Below, in pieces: positions 25,601 through 37,700 of a DNA stretch of 64,000 bases (position 1 is the first letter of the stretch; each line of letters begins with the position of its first letter). Both the position numbers and the translations under genes were made by a program. This DNA comes from Eledone cirrhosa (Eukaryota), in contig OZ024740.1 in the NCBI GenBank assembly GCA_964016885.1, positions 16,678,001 through 16,742,000 of the forward strand, in the 5' to 3' direction. The notes beneath the pieces are model-generated. The model had not been told where the DNA came from and did not search any database. It saw nothing but the letters and a program-made list of their open reading frames with translations.

Positions 25601-28600
25601 GAGCTTTACAGGGAGACATCAGTGTAAATATGGTGGCTCCTAGACAGAGCTTTACAGGGAGACATCAGTGTAAATATGGTGGCTTCTGGACAGAGGTTTA
25701 CAGGGAGATATCAGTGTAAATATGGTGGCTTCTAGACAGAGCTTTGCAGGGAGACATCAGTGTAAATATGGTGGCTTCTGGACAGAGGTTTACAGGGAGA
25801 CATCAGAGTAAATATGGTGGCTTCTAGACAGAGGTTTACAGGGAGATATCAGTGTAAATATGGTGGCTTCTGGAGAGAGGTTTACAGGGAGACATCAGTG
25901 TAAATATGGTGGCTTCTAGACAGGTTTACTGGGAGACATCAGTGTAAATATGGTGGCTTCTGGAGAGAGGATTACAGGGAGACATCAGTGTAAATATGGT
26001 GGCTTCTAAACAGACATTTACAGGGAGACATCAGTGTAAATATTGTGTCTTCTGGACAGAGGTTTACAAGGAGATATCAGTGTAAATATGGTGTCTTCTG
26101 GACAGAGCTTTACAGGGAGATATCAGAGTAAATATGGTGGCTTCTAGACAAAGATTTACAGGGAGACATCAGTGTAAATATAGTGGCTTCTGGACAAGAG
26201 GATTACAGGGAGACATCAGAGCAAATATGGTGGCTTCTAGACAGAGATTTACAGGGAGACATCAGTGTAAATATGGTGTCTTCTGGACAGAGGTTTACGG
26301 GGAGATATCAGTGTAAATATGGTGTCTTCTGGACAGAGCTTTACAGGGAGATATCAGAGTAAATATGGTGGCTTCTGGACAGAGCTTTACAGGGAGATAT
26401 CAGAGTAAATATGGTGGCTTTTAGACAAAGCTTTACAGGGAGAGATCAGTGTAAATATAGTGGCTTCTGGAGAGAGGATTACAGGGAGACATCAGTGTAA
26501 ATATGGTGGCTTCTAGACAGAGATTTACAGGGAAACATCAGAGTAAATATGGTGGCTTCTAGATAGAGGTTTACAGGGAGACTTCAGTGTAAATATGGTG
26601 GCTTCTAGACAGAGCTTTACAGGCAGACAATCAGTGTAAATATGGTGGCTTCTGGATAGAGGTTTACAGGGATATATCAGTGTAAATATGGTGGCTTCTA
26701 GACAGAGCTTTGCAGGGAGACATCAGTGTAAATATGGTGGCATCTGGACAAAGGTTTACAGGGAGACATCAGTGTAAATATGGCGGCTTCTGGATAGAGG
26801 TTTATAGGGAGATATCAGTGTTAATATGGTGGCTTCTGGACAGAGGTTTACAGGGAGACATCAGTGTAAATGTGGTGGCATCTGGACAGAGCTTTACAGG
26901 GAGACATTAGTTTAAATATGGTGGCTTCTAGACAGAGCTTTACAGGGAGATATCAGAGTAAATATGGTGGCTTCTGGACAGAGGTTTACAGGGAGACATC
27001 AGTGTAAATATGGTGGCTTCTAGAAAGAGGTTTACAGGAAGACATCAGTGTAAATATGGTGACTTCTAGACGGAGGTTTACAAGGAGATATCAGTGTAAA
27101 TATGGTGTCTTTTGGACAGAGGTTTACAGGGAGATATTAGTGTAAATATGGTGTCTTCTGGACAGAGGTTTACAGGGAGACATCAGTGTAAATATGGTGG
27201 CTTCTGGACAGAGGTTTACAGGGAGACATCAGTGTAAATATGTTGGCTTCTAGACAGAGGTTTACAGGGAGACATCAGTGTAAATATTGTGGCTTCTGGA
27301 TAGAGGTTTACAGGAAGACATCAGTGTAAATATGGTGGCTTCTGGATAGAGGTTTACAGGGAGACATAAGTGTAAATATGGTGGCTTCTGGACAGAGGTT
27401 TACAGGGAGATATCAGTGTAAATATGGTGGCTTCTGGACAGAGGTTTACAGGGAGACATCAGTGTAAATATGGTGGCTTCTAGACAGAGCTTTACAGGGA
27501 GATATCAGAGTAAATATGGTGGCTTCTAGACAAAGCTTTACAGGGAGACATCAGTGTAAATATGGTGGCTTCTAGACAGAGCTTTACAGGGAGATATCAG
27601 TGTAAATATAGTGGCTTCTGGAGAGAGGATTACAGGGAGACATCAGTGTAAATATGGTGGCTTCTAAACAGAGATTTACAGGGAGACATCAGTGTAAATA
27701 TTGTGTCTTCTGGACAGAGGTTTACAAGGAGATATCAGTGTAAATATGGTGTCTTCTGGACAGAGCTTTACAGGGAGATATCAGAGTAAATATGGTGGCT
27801 TCTGGACAGAGCTTTACAGGGAGATATCAGAGTAAATATGGTGGCTTCTAGACAAAGATTTACAGGGAGACATCAGTGTAAATATAGTGGCTTCTGGAGA
27901 GAGGATTACAGGGAGACATCAGTGTAAATATGGTGGCTTCTAGACAGAGATTTACAGGGAGACATCAGTGTAAATATGGTGTCTTCTGGACAGAGGTTTA
28001 CGGGGAGATATCAGTGTAAATATGGTGTCTTCTGGACAGAGCTTTACAGGGAGATATCAGAGTAAATATGGTGGCTTCTGGACAGAGCTTTACAGGGAGA
28101 TATCAGAGTAAATATGGTGGCTTCTGGAGAGAGGATTACAGGGAGACATCAGTGTAAATATGGTGGCTTCTAGACAGAGATTTACAGGGAGACATCAGAG
28201 TAAATATGGTGGCTTCTAGATAGAGGTTTACAGGGAGACTTCAGTGTAAATATGGTGGCTTCTAGACAGAGGTTTACAGGGAGACATCAGTGTAAATATG
28301 GTGGCTTCTAGACAGAGCTTTACAGGGAGACAATCAGTGTAAATATGGTGGCTTCTGGATAGAGGTTTACAGGGAGATATCAGTGTAAATATGGTGGCTT
28401 CTAGACAGAGCTTTGCAGGGAGACATCAATGTAAATATGGTGGCTTCTGGACAGAGGTTTACAGGGAGACATCAGAGTAAATATGGTGGCTTCTAGACAG
28501 AGCTTTACAGGGAGACATCAGTGTAAATATAGTGGCTTCTGGACAGAGCCTTACAGAGAGACATTAGTGTAAATATGGTGGCTTCTAGACAGAGGTTTAC

Positions 28601-31600
28601 AGGGTGACATCAGTGTAAATATGGTGGCATCTGGACAAAGGTTTACAGGGAGACATCAGTGTAAATATGGCGGCTTCTGGACAGAGCTTTATAGGGAGAT
28701 ATCAGTGTTAATATGGTGGCTTCTGGACAGAGGTTTACAGGGAGACATCAGTGTAAATGTGCTGGCATCTGGACAGAGCTTTACAGGGAGACATTAGTGT
28801 AAATATGGTGGCTTCTAGACAGAGCTTTACAGGGAGATATCAGAGTAAATATGGTGGCTTCTGGACAGAGGTTTACAGGGAGACATCAGTGTAAATATGG
28901 TGGCTTCTAGAAAGAGGTTTACAGGAAGACATCAGTGTAAATATGGTGGCTTCTAGACGGAGGTTTACAGGGAGATATCAGTGTAAATATGGTATCTTTT
29001 GGACAGAGGTTTACAGGGAGATATTAGTGTAAATATGGTGTCTTCTGGACAGAGGTTTACAGGGAGACATTAGTGAAAATATGGTGGCTTCTGGACAGAG
29101 CTTTACAGGGAGACGTCAGTGTAAATATGGTGGCTTCTGGACAGAGGTTTGCAGGGAGACATCAGTGTAAATATGGTGGCTTCTAGACAGAGCTTTACAG
29201 GGAGACATCAGTGTAAATATGGTGGCTTCTGGACAGATGTTTACAGGGAGACATCAGTGTAAGTATGGTGGCTTCTGGACGGAGGTTTACAGGGAGACAT
29301 CAGTGTAAATATGTTGGCTTCTAGACAGAGGTTTACAGGGAGACATCAGTGTAAATATGGTGGCTTCTGGATAGAGTTTTACAGGGAGACATCAGTGTAA
29401 ATATGGTGGCTTCTGGACAGAGGTTTACAGGGAGACATCAGTGTAAATATGGTGGCTTCTGGACAGAGGTTTACAGGGAGACATCAGAGTAAATATGGTG
29501 GCTTCTAGACAGAGCTTTACAGGGAGATATCAGAGTAAATATGGTTGCTTCTAGACAAAGCTTTACAGGGAGACATCAGTGTAAATATGGTGGCTTCTAG
29601 ACAGAGCTTTACAGGGAGACATCTGTGTAAATATGGTGGCTTCTAGACAAAGCTTTACAGGGAGACATCAGTGTAAATATGGTGGCTTCTAGACAAGGCT
29701 TTACAGGGAGACATCAGTGTAAATATGGTGGCTTCTTGACAGAGCTTTACAGGGAAACATCAGTGTAAATATGGTGGCTTCTGGACAGGTTTACAGGGAG
29801 ATATCAGTGTAAATATGGTGGCTTCTAGACAGAGCTTTGCAGGGAGACATCAGTGTAAATATGGTGGCTTCTGGACAGAGGTTTACAGGGAGATATCAGA
29901 GTAAATATGGTGGCTTCTAGACAGAGGTTTACAGGGATAATTTAGTGTAAATATGGTGGCATCTGGACAGAGGTTTACAGGGAGACATCAGTGTAAATAT
30001 GGTGGCTTCTGGACAGAGCTTTACACAGAGACATTAGTGTAAATATGGTGGCTTCTAGACAGAGCTTTACAGGGAGTTATCAGAGTAAATATAGTGGCTT
30101 CTGGATAGAGGTTTACAGGGAGACATCAGTGTAAATATGGTGGCTTCTAGACAGAGCTTTACAGGGAGACATCAGTGTAAATATGGTGGCTTCTGGACAG
30201 AGGTTTACAGGGAGACATCAGTGTAAATATGTTGGCTTCTAGACAGAGGTTTACAGGGAGACATCAGTGTAAATATTGTGGCTTCTGGATAGAGGTTTAC
30301 AGGAAGACATCAGTGTAAATATGGTGGCTTCTGGATAGAGGTTTACAGGGAGACATAAGTGTAAATATGGTGGCTTCTGGACAGAGGTTTACAGGGAGAT
30401 ATCAGTGTAAATATGGTGGCTTCTGGACAGAGGTTTACAGGGAGACATCAGTGTAAATATGGTGGCTTCTAGACAGAGCTTTACAGGGAGATATCAGAGT
30501 AAATATGGTGGCTTCTAGACAAAGCTTTACAGGGAGACATCAGTGTAAATATGGTGGCTTCTAGACAGAGCTTTACAGGGAGACATCAGTGTAAATATGG
30601 TGGCTCCTAGACAGAGCTTTACAGGGAGACATCAGTGTAAATATGGTGGCTTCTGGACAGAGGTTTACAGGGAGATATCAGTGTAAATATGGTGGCTTCT
30701 AGACAGAGCTTTGCAGGGAGACATCAGTGTAAATATGGTGGCTTCTGGACAGAGGTTTACAGGGAGACATCAGAGTAAATATGGTGGCTTCTAGACAGAG
30801 GTTTACAGGGAGATATCAGTGTAAATATGGTGGCTTCTGGAGAGAGGTTTACAGGGAGACATCAGTGTAAATATGGTGGCTTCTAGACAGGTTTACTGGG
30901 AGACATCAGTGTAAATATGGTGGCTTCTGGAGAGAGGATTACAGGGAGACATCAGTGTAAATATGGTGGCTTCTAAACAGACATTTACAGGGAGACATCA
31001 GTGTAAATATTGTGTCTTCTGGACAGAGGTTTACAAGGAGATATCAGTGTAAATATGGTGTCTTCTGGACAGAGCTTTACAGGGAGATATCAGAGTAAAT
31101 ATGGTGGCTTCTGGACAGAGCTTTACAGGGAGATATCAGAGTAAATATGGTGGCTTCTAGACAAAGATTTACAGGGAGACATCAGTGTAAATATAGTGGC
31201 TTCTGGACAAGAGGATTACAGGGAGACATCAGTGCAAATATGGTGGCTTCTAGACAGAGATTTACAGGGAGACATCAGTGTAAATATGGTGTCTTCTGGA
31301 CAGAGGTTTACGGGGAGATATCAGTGTAAATATGGTGTCTTCTGGACAGAGCTTTACAGGGAGATATCAGAGTAAATATGGTGGCTTCTGGACAGAGCTT
31401 TACAGGGAGATATCAGAGTAAATATGGTGGCTTTTAGACAAAGCTTTACAGGGAGAGATCAGTGTAAATATAGTGGCTTCTGGAGAGAGGATTACAGGGA
31501 GACATCAGTGTAAATATGGTGGCTTCTAGACAGAGATTTACAGGGAGACATCAGAGCAAATATGGTGGCTTCTAGATAGAGGTTTACAGGGAGACTTCAG

Positions 31601-32780
31601 TGTAAATATGGTGGCTTCTAGATAGAGCTTTACAGGCAGACAATCAGTGTAAATATGGTGGCTTCTGGATAGAGGTTTACAGGGATATATCAGTGTAAAT
31701 ATGGTGGCTTCTAGACAGAGCTTTGCAGGGAGACATCAATGTAAATATGGTGGCTTCTGGACAGAGGTTTACAGGGAGACATCAGAGTAAATATGGTGGC
31801 TTCTAGACAGAGCTTTACAGGGAGACATCAGTGTAAATATAGTGGCTTCTGGACAGAGCTTTACAGAGAGACATTAGTGTAAATATGGTGGCTTCTAGAC
31901 AGAGGTTTACAGGGTGACATCAGTGTAAATATGGTGGCATCTGGACAAAGGTTTACAGGGAGACATCAGTGTAAATATGGCGGCTTCTGGATAGAGGTTT
32001 ATAGGGAGATATCAGTGTTAATATGGTGGCTTCTGGACAGAGGTTTACAGGGAGACATCAGTGTAAATGTGGTGGCATCTGGACAGAGCTTTACAGGGAG
32101 ACATTAGTTTAAATATGGTGGCTTCTAGACAGAGCTTTACAGGGAGATATCAGAGTAAATATGGTGGCTTCTGGACAGAGGTTTACAGGGAGACATCAGT
32201 GTAAATATGGTGGCTTCTAGAAAGAGGTTTACAGGAAGACATCAGTGTAAATATGGTGGCTTCTAGACGGAGGTTTACAGGGAGATATCAGTGTAAATAT
32301 GGTGTCTTTTGGACAGAGGTTTACAGGGAGATATTAGTGTAAATATGGTGTCTTCTGGACAGAGGTTTACAGGGAGACATCAGTGTAAATATGGTGGCTT
32401 CTGGACAGAGGTTTACAGGGAGACATCAGTGTAAATATGTTGGCTTCTAGACAGAGGTTTACAGGGAGACATCAGTGTAAATATTGTGGCTTCTGGATAG
32501 AGGTTTACAGGAAGACATCAGTGTAAATATGGTGGCTTCTGGATAGAGGTTTACAGGGAGACATAAGTGTAAATATGGTGGCTTCTGGACAGAGGTTTAC
32601 AGGGAGATATCAGTGTAAATATGGTGGCTTCTGGACAGAGGTTTACAGGGAGACATCAGTGTAAATATGGTGGCTTCTAGACAGAGCTTTACAGGGAGAT
32701 ATCAGAGTAAATATGGTGGCTTCTAGACAAAGCTTTACAGGGAGACATCAGTGTAAATATGGTGGCTTCTAGACAGAGCT
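22660..32780 (+). repeat. Tandem duplication of a ~106-monomer block (offset 4877, growing to 4967, 5013 and ~5197 through whole-monomer indels)
   Basis: Offset 4877: AGACAATCAG 23451/28328, GGTATCTTTT 24114/28991, ATGGTTGCTTCTAGACAAAG 24664/29541. Offset 4967: CAGACATTTA 26011/30978. Offset 5013: TGGACAAGAG 26191/31204 and AGGCAGACAA 26621/31634. Confidence 0.9.
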
Positions 32781-34588
32781 TTACAGGGAGACATCAGTGT
32801 AAATATGGTGGCTCCTAGACAGAGCTTTACAGGGAGACATCAGTGTAAATATGGTGGCTTCTGGACAGAGGTTTACAGGGAGATATCAGTGTAAATATGG
32901 TGGCTTCTAGACAGAGCTTTGCAGGGAGACATCAGTGTAAATATGGTGGCTTCTGGACAGAGGTTTACAGGGAGACATCAGAGTAAATATGGTGGCTTCT
33001 AGACAGAGGTTTACAGGGAGATATCAGTGTAAATATGGTGGCTTCTGGAGAGAGGTTTACAGGGAGACATCAGTGTAAATATGGTGGCTTCTAGACAGGT
33101 TTACTGGGAGACATCAGTGTAAATATGGTGGCTTCTGGAGAGAGGATTACAGGGAGACATCAGTGTAAATATGGTGGCTTCTAAACAGAGATTTACAGGG
33201 AGACATCAGTGTAAATATTGTGTCTTCTGGACAGAGGTTTACAAGGAGATATCAGTGTAAATATGGTGTCTTCTGGACAGAGCTTTACAGGGAGATATCA
33301 GAGTAAATATGGTGGCTTCTGGACAGAGCTTTACAGGGAGATATCAGAGTAAATATGGTGGCTTCTAGACAAAGATTTACAGGGAGACATCAGTGTAAAT
33401 ATAGTGGCTTCTGGACAAGAGGATAACAGGGAGACATCAGTGCAAATATGGTGGCTTCTAGACAGAGATTTACAGGGAGACATCAGTGTAAATATGGTGT
33501 CTTCTGGACAGAGGTTTACGGGGAGATATCAGTGTAAATATGGTGTCTTCTGGACAGAGCTTTACAGGGAGATATCAGAGTAAATATGGTGGCTTCTGGA
33601 CAGAGCTTTACAGGGAGATATCAGAGTAAATATGGTGGCTTTTAGACAAAGCTTTACAGGGAGAGATCAGTGTAAATATAGTGGCTTCTGGAGAGAGGAT
33701 TACAGGGAGACATCAGTGTAAATATGGTGGCTTCTAGACAGAGATTTACAGGGAGACATCAGAGTAAATATGGTGGCTTCTAGATAGAGGTTTACAGGGA
33801 GACTTCAGTGTAAATATGGTGGCTTCTAGACAGAGCTTTACAGGCAGACAATCAGTGTAAATATGGTGGCTTCTGGATAGAGGTTTACAGGGAGATATCA
33901 GTGTAAATATGGTGGCTTCTAGACAGAGCTTTGCAGGGAGACATCAATGTAAATATGGTGGCTTCTGGACAGAGGTTTACAGGGAGACATCAGAGTAAAT
34001 ATGGTGGCTTCTAGACAGAGCTTTACAGGGAGACATCAGTGTAAATATGGTGGCTTCTGGACAGAGCTTTACAGAGAGACATTAGTGTAAATATGGTGGC
34101 TTCTAGACAGAGGTTTACAGGGTGACATCAGTGTAAATATGGTGGCATCTGGACAAAGGTTTACAGGGAGACATCAGTGTAAATATGGCGGCTTCTGGAT
34201 AGAGGTTTATAGGGAGATATCAGTGTTAATATGGTGGCTTCTGGACAGAGGTTTACAGGGAGACATCAGTGTAAATGTGGTGGCATCTGGACAGAGCTTT
34301 ACAGGGAGACATTAGTTTAAATATCGTGGCTTCTAGACAGAGCTTTACAGGGAGATATCAGAGTAAATATGGTGGCTTCTGGACAGAGGTTTACAGGGAG
34401 ACATCAGTGTAAATATGGTGGCTTCTAGAAAGAGGTTTACAGGAAGACATCAGTGTAAATATGGTGGCTTCTAGACGGAGGTTTACAGGGAGATATCAGT
34501 GTAAATATGGTGTCTTTTGGACAGAGGTTTACAGGGAGATATTAGTGTAAATATGGTGTCTTCTGGACAGAGGTTTACAGGGAGACAT
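30175..34588 (+). repeat. Tandem duplication of a 48-monomer block (2208 bp)
   Basis: GTTGGC 30231/32439, TGGACAAGAG 31204/33412 and AGGCAGACAA 31634/33842 all give offset 2208 = 48x46. Confidence 0.9.
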
Positions 34589-34769
34589 TAGTGAAAATAT
34601 GGTGGCTTCTGGACAGAGCTTTACAGGGAGACGTCAGTGTAAATATGGTGGCTTCTGGACAGAGGTTTGCAGGGAGACATCAGTGTAAATATGGTGGGTC
34701 CTAGACAGATTTACAGGGAGACATCTGTGTAAATATGGTGGCTTCTGGACAGAGGTTTACAGGGAGACA

Positions 34770-37700
34770 TCAGTGTAAATATGGTTGCTTCTAGACAGAG
34801 GTTTACAGGGAGACATCAGTGTAAATATGGTGGCTTCTGGACAGAGGTTTACAGGGAGACATCAGTGTAAAAATGGTTGCTTCTAGAGAGAGGTTTACAG
34901 GGAGACATCAGTGTAAATATGGTGGCTTCTGGGCAGAGGTTTACAGGAAGACATCAGTGTAAAAATGGTGGCTTCTAGACAGAGCTTTACAGGGAGACAT
35001 CAGTGTAAATATGGTGGCTTCTAGACAGAGCTTTAAAGGGAGACATCAGTGTAAATATGGTGGCTTCTGGACAGATGTTTACAGGGAGACATCAGTGTAA
35101 GTATGGTGGCTTCTGGACGGAGGTTTACAGGGAGACATCAGTGTAAATATGTTGGCTTCTAGACAGAGGTTTACAGGGAGACATCAGTGTAAATATGGTG
35201 GCTTCTGGGTAGAGTTTTACAGGGAGACATCAGTGTAAATATGGTGGCTTCTGGACAGAGGTTTACAGGGAGACATCAGTGTAAATATGGTGGCTTCTGG
35301 ACAGAGGTTTACAGGGAGACATCAGAGTAAATATGGTGGCTTCTAGACAGAGCTTTACAGGGAGATATCAGAGTAAATATGGTGGCTTCTAGACAAAGCT
35401 TTACAGGGAGACATCAGTGTAAATATGGTGGCTTCTAGACAGAGCTTTACAGGGAGACATCTGTGTAAATATGGTGGCTTCTAGACAAAGCTTTACAGGG
35501 AGACATCAGTGTAAATATGGTGGCTTCTAGACAAAGCTTTACAGGGAGACATCAGTGTAAATATGGTGGCTTCTTGACAGAGCTTTACAGGGAAACATCA
35601 GTGTAAATATGGTGGCTTCTGGACAGGTTTACAGGGAGATATCAGTGTAAATATGGTGGCTTCTAGACAGAGCTTTGCAGGGAGACATCAGTGTAAATAT
35701 GGTGGCTTCTGGACAGAGGTTTACAGGGAGATATCAGAGTAAATATGGTGGCTTCTAGACAGAGGTTTACAGGGATAATTTAGTGTAAATATGGTGGCAT
35801 CTGGACAGAGGTTTACAGGGAGACATCAGTGTAAATATGGTGGCTTCTGGACAGAGCTTTACAGAGAGACATTAGTGTAAATATGGTGGCTTCTAGACAG
35901 AGCTTTACAGGGAGTTATCAGAGTAAATATAGTGGCTTCGGGACAGAGGTTTACAGGGAGACATCAGTGTAAATATGGTGGCTTCTAGACAGAGCTTTAC
36001 AGGGAGACATCAGTGTAAATATGGTGGCTTCTGGACAGAGGTTTACAGGGAGACATCAGTGTAAATATGTTGGCTTCTAGACAGAGGTTTACAGGGAGAC
36101 ATCAGTGTAAATATTGTGGCTTCTGGATAGAGTTTTACAGGAAGACATCAGTGTAAATATGGTGGCTTCTGGATAGAGGTTTACAGGGAGACATAAGTGT
36201 AAATATGGTGGCTTCTGGACAGAGGTTTACAGGGAGATATCAGTGTAAATATGGTGGCTTCTGGACAGAGGTTTACAGGGAGACATCAGTGTAAATATGG
36301 TGGCTTCTAGACAGAGCTTTACAGGGAGATATCAGAGTAAATATGGTGGCTTCTAGACAAAGCTTTACAGGGAGACATCAGTGTAAATATGGTGGCTTCT
36401 AGACAGGTTTACTGGGAGACATCAGTGTAAATATGGTGGCTCCTAGACAGAGCTTTACAGGGAGACATCAGTGTAAATATGGTGGCTTCTGGACAGAGGT
36501 TTACAGGGAGATATCAGTGTAAATATGGTGGCTTCTAGACAGAGCTTTGCAGGGAGACATCAGTGTAAATATGGTGGCTTCTGGACAGAGGTTTACAGGG
36601 AGACATCAGAGTAAATATGGTGGCTTCTAGACAGAGGTTTACAGGGAGATATCAGTGTAAATATGGTGGCTTCTGGAGAGAGGTTTACAGGGAGACATCA
36701 GTGTAAATATGGTGGCTTCTAGACAGGTTTACTGGGAGACATCAGTGTAAATATCGTGGCTTCTAGACAAAGCTTTACAGGGAGACATCAGTGTAAATAT
36801 GGTGGCTTCTAGACAGAGCTTTACAGGGAGACATCAGTGTAAATATGGTGGCTCCTAGACAGAGCTTTACAGGGAGACATCAGTGTAAATATGGTGGCTT
36901 CTGGACAGAGGTTTACAGGGAGATATCAGTGTAAATATGGTGGCTTCTAGACAGAGCTTTGCAGGGAGACATCAGTGTAAATATGGTGGCATCTGGACAG
37001 ATGTTTACAGGGAGACATCAGTGTAAATATGGTGGCTTCTAGACAGAGATTTGCAGGGAGACATCAGTGTAAATATGGTGGCTTCTGGAGAGAGGTTTAC
37101 AGGGAGACATCAGAGTAAATATGGTGGCTTCTAGACAGAGGTTTACAGGAAGACATCAGTGTAAATATGGTGGCATCTGGACAGAGGTTTACAGGGAGAC
37201 ATCAGTGTAAATATGGTGGCTTCTGGATAGAGCTTTACAGAGAGACATTAGTGTAAATATGGTGACTTCTAGACAGAGTTTTACAGGGAGATATCAGAGT
37301 AAATATAGTGTCTTCTGGACAGAGGTTTACAGGGAGATATCAGTGTAAATATGGTGGCTTCTAGACAGAGCTTTACAGGGAGTTATCAGAGTAAATATAG
37401 TGGCTTCGGGACAGAGGTTTACAGGGAGACATCAGTGTAAATATGGTGGCTTCTAGACAGAGCTTTACAGGGAGATGTCAGTGTAAATATGGTGGCTTCT
37501 GGACAGAGGTTTACAAGGAGACATCAGTGTAAATATGGTGGCTTTTGGACAGAGCTTTACAGGGAGACATTAGTGTAAATATGGCGGCTTCTAGACAGTG
37601 CTTTACAGGGAGATATCAGAGGAAATATAGTGGCTTCTGGACAGAGGTTTACAGGGAGATATCAGTGTAAATATGGTGGCATCTGGACAAAGGTTTACAG

